Notes: generated by a model from the sequence alone, not told the origin. DNA of 42,223 bases from Candidatus Woesearchaeota archaeon (GCA_047603125.1 JBLKOU010000005.1:1-42223); one strand, 5' to 3'; numbered from the stretch's first letter, positions 17,126-26,943 are shown. A program made the numbers and translations.

Positions 17126-17854
17126 TTACCGAAGTAATAATTCCACCTCGTTGACGATATTTTGGTAAATTTCTTCTGCAGAATCTCCACTAAATGTAGC
17201 ACGCCGCCCATTTATAAAAAATGCAGGTGTGCCGCCTAAATTGAGTTGTACTGCGTGTTGTCTTTGATGCTCAACAATTGCTCGTACGTAATCGCTTGAA
17301 TAATCTTCGATGAATTGATCTTCGTCAAGACCGAGTTCTCTTGCATATCCTGGGAGAACTGTTGCAAGATTCGATGCTTGCCACTGAGCCTGTCTTTCAA
17401 ATAAAAGATCATGCATTTCCCAAAAAGCGTCTTGCATTCCTGCAGCTTCTACTGCTCGCGCGGCATTAACGGAATTTGAAGGTGCAGCACGTAGTGGAAA
17501 ATGTCTATACACGAATGTAACATCATCACCGTGGGAATCTATTAATTGATCTATAATGGGAGCATAAAAGGCACATGCGGGGCATGTAAAATCGCTATAC
17601 TCGATGATGACAATAGCACCTGTTCCTTTTGTATGATCCGTTTCTGCTACTTGTGTTGTACTGAGTGGTTTTAAAAAGCTTGTATCAATGCTTGCTGTTT
17701 GAAAAATCTGAAATCCGACAAAAAAAACGAACCCAACAATTAAGATGCCCAAAGTCCAATTTCGTATTGTTTTGACTTGTCGGCGTTTTTTTGCTTCTCG
17801 CACTTGCTTATCTCGTTGCGTATTATGTTTTTTTTCTTTACCGTGACGTACCAT
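17126..17854 (-). CDS. dsbA: DsbA/BdbD-family thiol-disulfide oxidoreductase, membrane anchored
   Basis: Motifs EYSDFTCPAC, YRHFPL and GTPAFFING; N-terminal transmembrane helix. Confidence 0.88.
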   Translation of the reverse strand: MVRHGKEKKHNTQRDKQVREAKKRRQVKTIRNWTLGILIVGFVFFVGFQIFQTASIDTSFLKPLSTTQVAETDHTKGTGAIVIIEYSDFTCPACAFYAPIIDQLIDSHGDDVTFVYRHFPLRAAPSNSVNAARAVEAAGMQDAFWEMHDLLFERQAQWQASNLATVLPGYARELGLDEDQFIEDYSSDYVRAIVEHQRQHAVQLNLGGTPAFFINGRRATFSGDSAEEIYQNIVNEVELLLR

Positions 17855-18767
17855 TTTTGCACCAATTTTCAATAATAGTTCGTTTTTTTGCGATTGACTT
17901 TGCTGTACGTAAACTAAGTATTAATGAATGAAATGAAGGAGGAAAAATACTCTTTTTAAGTTTTCTGAATAAAAATTGGGACTCGACAGTCATATTTTCA
18001 GGAATAGTGCGAGATTTTCCAAAATAAAGGCCTGCTTTTTTATTTCTGGATGTTTGTGAGATACTTGTGGTGTAACAATCAGCAAGTCCTGCATAAGAAT
18101 GTGCGACTCTGGCTGGAATTTTGTGTTTTTTACAAAACGCTTCAAACATTGTTGCAAAGAGTATGCCTTGATGATTATGGCTGACCTTTGTTGCTTCGCA
18201 AACACCGATGAGAAATGCAAATGCATTTTTAAAAACAGAGAGTTTTTGCACCGCTTGTTTGTTTTGTGTAAATTCAAATACAAATCCGGGAAGTTTGCCA
18301 AGTAGTCGCTCTTCTTTTTTTGTACAGGCTATAGTTGCATAGAGTTGATCGGAGAGCTCTGCAGCAAGCGTTGGTCCGCTCATATAGGTGGTGCGCTTCT
18401 TTGAAAATAACTCGAGTGGCAGTTCGCCGTTTTTCCCCAGTCCTTTTGATGTTACTATAAAAAGTGCATTGGTAGCAGGCATTTGCTTGCAAATTGATTG
18501 AAGCGCTGTTGTTGGCGTGCAAACAAAAAGCATATTTAAATTCGAAAGTTCATTTATATCTGTCGTCATGTGAATATTTTTCGACAATTTTTTTCTCGTA
18601 TATTTTGTTGTTCGTGTCTTTTGAAATGAAGCGTAGACATCAGCTTCGATTGTATATACTACGACAGGTTGCGTTTTTGCACAAATACTTGCAATTGCAA
18701 GACCAAATGCTCCTGCTCCGATAATTCCTATTGTTGGTTTTTTTGCATCCATATGTTTGACATTCAT
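17838..18767 (-). CDS. gpsA: NAD(P)H-dependent glycerol-3-phosphate dehydrogenase (bacterial type)
   Basis: Motifs IIGAGAFG, SKGL, SGPTLA, FKNAFA (catalytic Lys), GLAD..TT and SRN. Confidence 0.8.
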   Translation of the reverse strand: MNVKHMDAKKPTIGIIGAGAFGLAIASICAKTQPVVVYTIEADVYASFQKTRTTKYTRKKLSKNIHMTTDINELSNLNMLFVCTPTTALQSICKQMPATNALFIVTSKGLGKNGELPLELFSKKRTTYMSGPTLAAELSDQLYATIACTKKEERLLGKLPGFVFEFTQNKQAVQKLSVFKNAFAFLIGVCEATKVSHNHQGILFATMFEAFCKKHKIPARVAHSYAGLADCYTTSISQTSRNKKAGLYFGKSRTIPENMTVESQFLFRKLKKSIFPPSFHSLILSLRTAKSIAKKRTIIENWCKNGTSR

Positions 18768-18901
18768 GTTCTTATATATTAATGTATTTATAAAAAACTA
18801 TTTGTCTTCATTTCTTTTGAGTAGTAGTGCGAAGATAGAGAGTCTGAAAAATGGATGTGCATGCATAGATTTTTCCATCTCTAGAATAAAATAGCCAAAT
18901 A

Positions 18902-18909
18902 TTTATAAA
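18902..18909 (+). promoter_or_regulatory. Archaeal TATA box of nrdDG
   Basis: TTTATAAA preceded by a purine-rich, BRE-like stretch, about 20 bp before the first NrdR box. Confidence 0.5.
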
Positions 18910-18928
18910 CAGACTTTTCTTTAGTTCT

Positions 18929-18976
18929 ACACAACATATTGTATTACAAGAGTTTGCAAAATACAAGATGGCGGGC
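18929..18976 (+). promoter_or_regulatory. Tandem NrdR boxes upstream of nrdD
   Basis: ACACAACATATTGTAT (18929-18944) fits acaCwAtATaTwGtgt; a weaker ATACAAGATGGCGGGC starts 32 bp later (18961). Confidence 0.7.
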
Positions 18977-19022
18977 AGTTTCTGAGTTCTTCAACAACTG
19001 CTTTTTAAAAAAGGTGAATATT

Positions 19023-22000
19023 ATGGTAAAATTGGTGCATACAAAAACAGAAAGCATTGACACATCGATACTCGATGATTATTTAGATCAACAGGACTGG
19101 CGGGTTAAAGAAAATAGTAATGTCAGTTATTCGTTTTCTGGTTTAATGCTCCATGCAGCCGGTAATATTATTGCCAAATATACGCTCATGCATTACCCGA
19201 ATGAAATTGCGACAGCACATAAAAATGCAGATTTGCATATTCATGACTTATCGATGGGCATTGCAGGGTATTGTGCAGGATGGTCTCTCAAGCAATTATT
19301 ATTAGAAGGGTTTAATGGGGTTGCAGGAAAAACATCGTCTCTGCCGCCAAAACACCTCTCGACAGCATTGGGTCAAATGGTAAATTTTTTAGGAACATTA
19401 CAAAATGAATGGGCGGGGGCTATGGCCTTCTCTTCTTTTGACACGTATTTAGCGCCATTTGTGCGAGCAGATGAGCTTTCTTATGATCAAGTAAAGCAAG
19501 CAGTCCAATCCTTTGTCTATGGGCTTAATATTAGCTCTCGCTGGGGCGGACAGTGTGTGAGTGAAGATACGCAATGTTTGACTGATTCAGGATGGAAGCA
19601 TTATAATGATATTAATCTAAAAAAAGATTTGATTGCGACATTTAACATAGAGACAGGTGTTATAGAATATTTAAAACCAAGTCGAGTAAAATCGTATGAT
19701 TATAAGGGAAAATTAGTGAGATTATCAAATCGTTCTCAGGATCAATTAGTTACACCAAATCACAAAGTTGTACGAAAAGTACATAATTCAGATTCATATG
19801 TCTTAGAGGAGGCACAAGATTTATTTCAATACAAGTCCCCCATCATTATTCCAAATTCTGGTTTTACACAATCTAAAAAAGAAATTGAAGACGAATGGGT
19901 CATGTTATTTGCGTGGCTTGTAAGTGAAGGAACATTTTCTGAGGATAGAGAGCGTGTGTCCATATTTCAATCAACAAAGAATAAAGCAAAATTGGAACAA
20001 ATACGTTTGATTTCAAAAAAACTTGGTTTGCGCTGGGATGAACAATCCCGAGTACATGGCTTTGGAACCGAACCTCTTGTTCGATTGCGTTTCGGGGCAG
20101 AATCTTCCCGCACGATTCGAAAAAAAATTTCTTCAAAAAAGATTCCAGCTATTGTAAAAACACTAAGTGCACGCCAAATTAAATTATTCATTGACACTTA
20201 TGTCTTAGGAGATGGTTCTATTGAAAAAAGTGGAAGAATGCGTATTTATACAAAAGATATTGATGTATTAAATGATTTGCAAGAATTATGCTCGCTCTGT
20301 CTTTATGGAAGTACGGTTTATCGCAGGACTAATGGAGTATATGTATTAAACATTATTCGAAATAACCACACATATGTGAAACTATCGTATGAAAAATATG
20401 TAGGAAAAGTATGGTGTCCAACGACAAAAAATGGTACGTTTATTGCTCGTCGTAATGGGAAAGTTTTTGTGACGGGTAATACGCCCTTTACAAATGTTAC
20501 ACTTGACTGGACGGTTCCTGAAGATATGAAGCAAGAACCAGTCATTTTGGGCGGAAAATATCAAAAGGAAACATATGGTCAATATCAAACAGAAATGGAT
20601 ATGATTAACCGCGCATTTTTAGAAGTTATGATTGAAGGAGATATGGATGGACGGATTTTTACATTTCCAATTCCAACATACAACATTACAAAAGAATTTG
20701 ATTGGGATTCACAAAATGCAAATTTATTATTTGAAATGACTGCAAAATATGGAATACCCTATTTTCAAAATTTCATAAACAGTAGTCTCAAGCCAAGTGA
20801 TGTACGAAGTATGTGCTGTCGCTTACAAATGGATTTACGAGAATTAAAAAGTAAAACGGGTGGTTTATTTGGTTCTGGAGAATCAACGGGCTCTATTGGT
20901 GTTGTAACGATAAATCTCCCTCGAATTGGTTTTTTAGCAAAGGATGAAGATGAGTTTTTATTGCGCCTTGGAAAGCTTACCGATTTGGCATATGAGTCAT
21001 TAGAAGTAAAAAGAAAAATGATTACACAGCACCTAGATAGTGGCTTATATCCATACACGAAGCGTTACTTGGGTTCATATGCAAATCATTTTTCAACAAT
21101 TGGAATTAACGGGATGAATGAAGCTGTACTTAACTTACTTGGTTGTACAATAGTCGATCCAAAAGGTCGTGCCTTTGCTCTTAAAGTGCTTGACTTTTTA
21201 CGTGATCGTTTACAATCATATCAAGAAGAATCGGGAAATCTCTATAATTTAGAAGCAACACCTGCAGAAGGTACTGCGTATCGATTCGCACGCCATGATA
21301 AGCGTTTGTACCCTCAAATTATCACTCAAGGAACAATTGAACCGTATTATACAAATTCAACACAATTACCTGTCGATCAGACTGATGATTTATTTGAAGC
21401 GCTGGATTTACAAGACGAACTTCAATGTAAATATACGGGCGGAACAGTCTTTCATGGTTTTTTGGGTGAGAGTATGAGTGATGTGCAAGCATGTAAAAAA
21501 CTTGTCAAACAAATTGCATACTCGTACAAGATGCCGTATTTTACTATTACGCCAACATTTAGTATTTGCCCAGGAACAGGTTTTGAGCCAGGTGAAGTAA
21601 GTCAATGTCCAAAAACACAACAGCCTTGTGATATTTACAGTCGTGTTGTGGGATACTTTCGCCCCGTGCAACAGTGGAATAAAGGAAAGTCTGCCGAATA
21701 CCAAAAACGAAAAGAATATGTTGCTCAGTTAAAAAATGATTCTGCACAAACACATATACAATCCTGGAATGATATTCCTGATCAATGTATTTTATTGACA
21801 TTATCAGGCTGTCCAAGCTGTCCGGGAGCAAAAGATGCCTTGCAAAATCAAAGCTTGGTTCCCCATACTGTTATAGATGCTTCAACACCGCAAGGAAGAG
21901 AAATGGCAAAACTCTACGCAGTTGAAAAAGTTCCAACGGCGATTTTTATGGATGCACAAAAAGAAATTGTTGCAAAAATAAGCGGAACGCAGCAAATTCA

Positions 22001-22028
22001 AGCATATGTTCAAGAGTTATCCAGATGA
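19023..22028 (+). CDS. nrdD: Class III anaerobic ribonucleoside-triphosphate reductase with an intein and a C-terminal redoxin domain
   Basis: Motifs WRVKENSN, HIHDL, YCAGW, TFPIPT, SMCCRL, EATPAE and the glycyl radical loop YSRVVGY; AAGGTGA SD before ATG 19023. Confidence 0.95.
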   Translation: MVKLVHTKTESIDTSILDDYLDQQDWRVKENSNVSYSFSGLMLHAAGNIIAKYTLMHYPNEIATAHKNADLHIHDLSMGIAGYCAGWSLKQLLLEGFNGVAGKTSSLPPKHLSTALGQMVNFLGTLQNEWAGAMAFSSFDTYLAPFVRADELSYDQVKQAVQSFVYGLNISSRWGGQCVSEDTQCLTDSGWKHYNDINLKKDLIATFNIETGVIEYLKPSRVKSYDYKGKLVRLSNRSQDQLVTPNHKVVRKVHNSDSYVLEEAQDLFQYKSPIIIPNSGFTQSKKEIEDEWVMLFAWLVSEGTFSEDRERVSIFQSTKNKAKLEQIRLISKKLGLRWDEQSRVHGFGTEPLVRLRFGAESSRTIRKKISSKKIPAIVKTLSARQIKLFIDTYVLGDGSIEKSGRMRIYTKDIDVLNDLQELCSLCLYGSTVYRRTNGVYVLNIIRNNHTYVKLSYEKYVGKVWCPTTKNGTFIARRNGKVFVTGNTPFTNVTLDWTVPEDMKQEPVILGGKYQKETYGQYQTEMDMINRAFLEVMIEGDMDGRIFTFPIPTYNITKEFDWDSQNANLLFEMTAKYGIPYFQNFINSSLKPSDVRSMCCRLQMDLRELKSKTGGLFGSGESTGSIGVVTINLPRIGFLAKDEDEFLLRLGKLTDLAYESLEVKRKMITQHLDSGLYPYTKRYLGSYANHFSTIGINGMNEAVLNLLGCTIVDPKGRAFALKVLDFLRDRLQSYQEESGNLYNLEATPAEGTAYRFARHDKRLYPQIITQGTIEPYYTNSTQLPVDQTDDLFEALDLQDELQCKYTGGTVFHGFLGESMSDVQACKKLVKQIAYSYKMPYFTITPTFSICPGTGFEPGEVSQCPKTQQPCDIYSRVVGYFRPVQQWNKGKSAEYQKRKEYVAQLKNDSAQTHIQSWNDIPDQCILLTLSGCPSCPGAKDALQNQSLVPHTVIDASTPQGREMAKLYAVEKVPTAIFMDAQKEIVAKISGTQQIQAYVQELSR
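19554..20480 (+). mobile_element. Intein (309 aa) with a LAGLIDADG homing endonuclease in NrdD
   Basis: Insertion at GGQ|CVSEDT ... VTGN|TPF; block B VTPNH; endonuclease motifs LFAWLVSEG and FIDTYVLGDG; block F VWCPTT. Confidence 0.93.
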
Positions 22029-22723
22029 AATTTTTTGGTTTACAAAAGTTAAGTATGGTTGACTACCCCGGTCACCTGTGTGCGACAATTTTTACTCAGG
22101 GTTGCAATATGCGCTGTTCATATTGTCATAACCCCGAGTTAATTTTTTTACAAAAACAATCCAACAAGGGTTTAGAAGAGACTGAGATTTTGAAGTTTTT
22201 ACAGAAACGAAAAGATCAACTTGAAGGTGTATGTATTACTGGAGGAGAGCCAACAATTCATGGGGACGCTTTGATTGAGAGTATTCGAAAAATAAAATCT
22301 CTTGGCTATCGCGTAAAATTAGACACGAATGGAACAAATCCGACATTGGTGAAAAAACTCATTGCACAAAAACTTGTAGACTATATAGCAATGGATGTGA
22401 AAGGAGATGAAAAATTTTATGAGGTGATTACAAAAACAAACTCATCTTTATATCATTCTCTTTTACAAACAATTGAATTATTGAAACAAAATATGGTTGA
22501 CTATGAATTTCGCATAACTCTTTTTTCAAATCATCATACAGATGAGATGATGGACACTGTTGCAAGGCTTATTTCTGGAGCAAAAGTCATTTATCTACAA
22601 AAAGGAAATCCAAAAACAGCTTGGTGCGATTCTTTTCATTCTCTTGAAGCTGTCTTGGATGAACAAATGTCGGCTTTTCAAAAAATATTCGAAAAACATC
22701 AAGTGATGGCGAAAGTTCGTTAA
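22025..22723 (+). CDS. nrdG: Anaerobic RNR activating radical SAM enzyme
   Basis: Motifs CNMRCSYC, TGGEPT, DTNG and MDVK; coupled to the nrdD stop. Confidence 0.95.
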   Translation: MKFFGLQKLSMVDYPGHLCATIFTQGCNMRCSYCHNPELIFLQKQSNKGLEETEILKFLQKRKDQLEGVCITGGEPTIHGDALIESIRKIKSLGYRVKLDTNGTNPTLVKKLIAQKLVDYIAMDVKGDEKFYEVITKTNSSLYHSLLQTIELLKQNMVDYEFRITLFSNHHTDEMMDTVARLISGAKVIYLQKGNPKTAWCDSFHSLEAVLDEQMSAFQKIFEKHQVMAKVR

Positions 22724-22837
22724 AAATATTTTATTTTTTTGTTTTCTTGTACTTAAGAACTGTTTGCAATGCGAATTTGAGTTAGAAATTTCCCTAGTTT
22801 CAGTAAATTTATATAGCTTTGTAAATGTTTATCATTT

Positions 22838-23374
22838 ATGACTTATTCCATAACGCTAAATGTCTTTTTACCTAAGAAGATAGTGGATGCTTTGAGAAGT
22901 GTAAAAGTGTCTAAAAATTTAGCATATGATTGGCGAGATTCCGGCTATTGCCATATAACTCTCAAATCAATTTCAAAATTGGAGGTTTCTCCAAAAGATG
23001 AACTTTTGGCAGAATGGATATCTTTATCTAAGCAAATTCTGGATAAACAAAAACCCTTTAAAGTTAAGGTTTCGAGTGTTGAGAAATTTCCTAATGCTCT
23101 TTTTGCTAAAGTTGAATCTAAAGAACTTGTGAAACTTCACAACAAATTATTTAAAATTTTGCCTAGTGGCCAACCACAGTTCGAAAATCAAAATTATACT
23201 CCTCATGCCTCAATTGGAGTATTGGATAAAGATGCACAAGTAATCTCTGAAAAAGAGCTACATTTTGGTGAATTTGAAGTAAGAGAAGTGCAATTAATAG
23301 TTTGGAATTGGGATACTAAAAAATTGAAAGATTGTAAAATTTTTCATAAATTTAGCTTAACTAAGACTCTGTGA
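22838..23374 (+). CDS. 2H phosphoesterase (2'-5' RNA ligase/LigT-like)
   Basis: Two HxT/S motifs, HITL and PHASI. Confidence 0.85.
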   Translation: MTYSITLNVFLPKKIVDALRSVKVSKNLAYDWRDSGYCHITLKSISKLEVSPKDELLAEWISLSKQILDKQKPFKVKVSSVEKFPNALFAKVESKELVKLHNKLFKILPSGQPQFENQNYTPHASIGVLDKDAQVISEKELHFGEFEVREVQLIVWNWDTKKLKDCKIFHKFSLTKTL

Positions 23375-23481
23375 AATGACTTCATTTTTGAGATAGCAAG
23401 ATTACAAGATAAAAACTTCTTATTTTGTCTAATTTTATTCGTTTTCGATACCTATAAAAAGACTCACAGTATCTCAATAGT

Positions 23482-25455
23482 ATGCATATAGGCTATCAAG
23501 GAAAAAAACCATTTACGTTTAATCACGAATCTTTAAAAAAACATTGGATAACGCTTGGTTCGAGCGGTTCGGGAAAAACAGTGCTGACAAAGATTCTCGT
23601 AGAAGAATTGGCGGCAAAAAATATTCCAACACTCATTTTTGACCCGCAGGGTGATCTTGCAAGTTTGGGCTTAACTACATCTGCGCAAGAGCGTCAATCT
23701 CATAATTTAGACACATCCAAAAAACTCCTGGATTGCCGTGTATTTACTCCGACAAGTCCAAAAGGCATTCAAACTTGTGTAAATCCGCTTCAAATAACGC
23801 AAAAACATGATGTCGTTGTATTAGATCAAATCGCAAGCTCTCTGGCATCTTTGATTGGTTATGATTTAGCAAATGATAAGGGACAGGCAACAAAGGCAAT
23901 TTTGTATACAGTGCTTGAAAAAAAGGCTTTTCATTCATTTATTGAGCTTGCCCAATTTTTGAAAAACAATCAAGAAGAATACGATCATTTAACGGTAAAT
24001 AAGCAACATGTTAACGAGATTATTCGAAAATTAACACTTTTGACAATAGGGAAAAATTCGCTTTTATTTGAGAAGGGTTTTCGATTTTCTGTTGAGCAAG
24101 TTTTACAAAAACCGGCAATAAATGTTTTGTATTTGAATAGTTTAACGACACAAGAAGAAAAAGAGTTTTTTGTTTCTATGATATTAAAGGATGTGTATCA
24201 ATGGATGCTCAAAAATCCCTCATCCAATTTACAAGCAGCAATAGTCTTTGATGAGATTGCGCCCTATATCCCGGCAGGTGCGAAAAAACCAGTCTGTAAG
24301 GATATTTTAAAATTACTCTTCAAACAAGCAAGAAAGTATGGAATAAGTTTTATTGTTGCGACACAAAATCCGGGGGATATTGATTATCAGGCCTTTGCGC
24401 AGTTTAATACATGGGCAATTGGTCGATTAACAACAAAACAAGATCAAAAAAAGGTTGAAGCGGCTTTAAGCACGTTTACGAGTGAAGATGTGGCAACAAA
24501 ATTGGCAAATATGAAAACAGGACAATTCTTACTCTATTCTCCTGATAATTTTGAGGCAATTCAACTGTTTCAAACACGATGGCTTTACACGCAGCACAAA
24601 ACATTGACTGAAAATGATGTTGCCAAGCTTTCTAAAAATTTTACTTTTGAACAATATACTCCTTCCAAAAAAAGGGCAGAAACAAACACGCCGTCAGAAG
24701 AAAAAGACGAATCAACAACAAAAAAGGCTAAAGGAAAAAGGAATGGAACAAAGCAAACTCCTACAACGCCAACATTAGAAATTACTATTGATTCACAAAA
24801 AGCTCTCTGGAAAGCAGAGTGGCAAAAAAAGCGAAATATTCTTCTTTTTCCAAAAGAGCATGTAACAGACATCACTGACTCGCTCTCGCCCCAATTAGTC
24901 TTAAATGGGACTGCACGAAAAACAATCTTAGGTCTCAAACAACAGCAGCAAGTACGCTTTATGGTGGACATGGTTAGTGGTGTTATTCGAAATCGCTTTT
25001 TTGATGCGTGGCCAACATATATTGATTTTACAGACTCGCAGATACAAATTATTCAAGTATTAAGTCACAAGAAACATAAAATGGTCGACCAAATTGCTTT
25101 TGAGTCAAAATTAACAAAGCAAACCGTAACAAAGAATTTGCAACAGCTCAAGCAAAAGCGTATAGCGTCCTTTGAAAAAGAAGGCTCTGTCGTTCGATGG
25201 TACTTAATAGAGTCGCAACAACTACGTGATGCGAATCGTTTTGCGATAGGGGAAATACCATTAGAAGACATTTCCTCAAAAAAAATTAAAGAGCGCTACT
25301 CCCAAAAACAAATTGAACACTTTCTCAAAGTTTGGTTTAATTTTGATGCAGTGAGCACAGAAATTGTGTACATGCCACTTCGAACATTTACATTTATGAG
25401 TCAGAACGGTTCTCGAAAATTGACTCTCAACCTTCATACGGGCGAGTGGGAGTAG
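23482..25455 (+). CDS. HerA/FtsK-like (DUF87-type) ATPase with a C-terminal winged-helix region
   Basis: Motifs GSSGSGKT, FDPQGD, Walker B VFDE and QARKYG..ATQNP; HTH-like VDQIAFESKLTKQTVTKNLQQL. Confidence 0.8.
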   Translation: MHIGYQGKKPFTFNHESLKKHWITLGSSGSGKTVLTKILVEELAAKNIPTLIFDPQGDLASLGLTTSAQERQSHNLDTSKKLLDCRVFTPTSPKGIQTCVNPLQITQKHDVVVLDQIASSLASLIGYDLANDKGQATKAILYTVLEKKAFHSFIELAQFLKNNQEEYDHLTVNKQHVNEIIRKLTLLTIGKNSLLFEKGFRFSVEQVLQKPAINVLYLNSLTTQEEKEFFVSMILKDVYQWMLKNPSSNLQAAIVFDEIAPYIPAGAKKPVCKDILKLLFKQARKYGISFIVATQNPGDIDYQAFAQFNTWAIGRLTTKQDQKKVEAALSTFTSEDVATKLANMKTGQFLLYSPDNFEAIQLFQTRWLYTQHKTLTENDVAKLSKNFTFEQYTPSKKRAETNTPSEEKDESTTKKAKGKRNGTKQTPTTPTLEITIDSQKALWKAEWQKKRNILLFPKEHVTDITDSLSPQLVLNGTARKTILGLKQQQQVRFMVDMVSGVIRNRFFDAWPTYIDFTDSQIQIIQVLSHKKHKMVDQIAFESKLTKQTVTKNLQQLKQKRIASFEKEGSVVRWYLIESQQLRDANRFAIGEIPLEDISSKKIKERYSQKQIEHFLKVWFNFDAVSTEIVYMPLRTFTFMSQNGSRKLTLNLHTGEWE

Positions 25456-25457
25456 AT

Positions 25458-25865
25458 TTAACTTGCCAGAGCATACTGTTTTGGGAGCGGTCGTGGATTT
25501 TTCATGAGATGGTGCAATGTTTTGACTTGTTCTCTTGATGCGCCCATTTTTCTTAAAAGTCCGAGCGTTGGTGGTTTATTATCAAGTATGAGCTCCACAA
25601 GACCCGTTTCTATGTCCATATTTTGATCATCTAATCGTGGTTTGAGAATATCACTGAATTGTTCTAAAAATTCTTGATATTGGTAATAACCCTCATGCAT
25701 TCTATCGCTCAGTTTATGTTGTTCAAATGAGAGTTCCGCATCAAATGCACTGACGCTCCTGTTTGCCCGCTGAGAACTATACCACTGTTCTATGAGAAGC
25801 GCTCGGATATGTATTGCGTTGTAGACAGTTTGATTTCTCCCGTATTTGAAGCGAAGACCCATCAA
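25458..25865 (-). CDS. Hypothetical protein
   Basis: 135-aa ORF filling the gap, with a TATA-like TTTATAAA upstream. Confidence 0.55.
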   Translation of the reverse strand: MMGLRFKYGRNQTVYNAIHIRALLIEQWYSSQRANRSVSAFDAELSFEQHKLSDRMHEGYYQYQEFLEQFSDILKPRLDDQNMDIETGLVELILDNKPPTLGLLRKMGASREQVKTLHHLMKNPRPLPKQYALAS

Positions 25866-25921
25866 GAGTTCATAGTTATTTCTATTTATAAATATAAAGA
25901 AAAAGAATTGATATATTTATA

Positions 25922-26917
25922 TCAATCCCATTTAAGATTTCCAGAGGACTGGTATTCTGTGACGCGAGTTTCAAAGAAATTTTTCTCTTTACTTAAGTCA
26001 GTAGATTGACTCATCCACGGAAACGGATTTTCTTGGTCGTATTGTTTTGGAAGCCCAATACGCTCTAATCGTCTGTCTGCAATGTATTTGACATAGTTTG
26101 CAAATTGTTGGGCATTAATTCCTAAAACTCCTTGCGGACATGCGTCATGGGCATATTTAATCTCAAAATCTACTGCCTTTTTGATGAGTTCCACAATCTC
26201 TTCTTGAAATTCCTTTGTCCAAACATCAGGGTTTTCTTTTTTGATTGTATTAATTAAGTCACAGCCAAATGCCAGGTGCACACTCTCATCGCGCATGATA
26301 AATTCAAATTGCTCGCCAACACCAACCATTTTATTTTGTCTTTTGAGCGCAAGCATCATAGCAAATCCTGCATAGAAGAAAATCCCTTCCATAATGACAT
26401 AATAACCGATAATATCGTGCAGGAACTTTTGAATGTCTTTTACTGTTTTTGTTTCAAAATTCGGATCCATGACATTTTTTGTTAAATTAATAACAAAATC
26501 ATCCTTTTCTTTAATGGATGGTATTGTGTCATACATACTATAAATCTCTTCTGGATCAAGACCAAGTGTGTCGCAACAATAAATGAATGTGTCTGTGTGA
26601 ATTGCTTCCTCAAAGGCTTGTCGTAATAAATACTGGCGTGATTCAGGATTTGTCACATGTCTATAAACAGCAAGAACAATATTATTTGCAGTTAAACTCT
26701 CAGCTGTGGAAAAAAAGCCAAGGTTCCAAAGAATCATTCGTCGCTCCGTCTCTGAAAGTACAGTGTCTGATTTCCATTGCTCGACATCTTTTTGCATACC
26801 GATTTCTTCTGGTGTCCAATTATTTGCAACACCGTCTTTATAGTGGTGGCGTGCCCATTTATATTTCATAGGCAGTATCTTGTTTGGATCTGTTGCATTA
26901 TTGTTTATTATTCCCAT
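25922..26917 (-). CDS. nrdB: Ribonucleotide reductase beta subunit with the class Ic (Mn/Fe) signature
   Basis: Motifs FFSTAESL, EEAIHTDTF, MEGIFFY, RDESVH and KNFFETRVTEY. Confidence 0.95.
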   Translation of the reverse strand: MGIINNNATDPNKILPMKYKWARHHYKDGVANNWTPEEIGMQKDVEQWKSDTVLSETERRMILWNLGFFSTAESLTANNIVLAVYRHVTNPESRQYLLRQAFEEAIHTDTFIYCCDTLGLDPEEIYSMYDTIPSIKEKDDFVINLTKNVMDPNFETKTVKDIQKFLHDIIGYYVIMEGIFFYAGFAMMLALKRQNKMVGVGEQFEFIMRDESVHLAFGCDLINTIKKENPDVWTKEFQEEIVELIKKAVDFEIKYAHDACPQGVLGINAQQFANYVKYIADRRLERIGLPKQYDQENPFPWMSQSTDLSKEKNFFETRVTEYQSSGNLKWD

Positions 26918-26943
26918 TTTTTATCCTCGTGTATTCTCATTAT

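Noticed and set aside
18939..19022. N-terminal extension of NrdD from TTG 18939
   Set aside because: It overlaps the NrdR boxes, and ATG 19023 has a good Shine-Dalgarno sequence.
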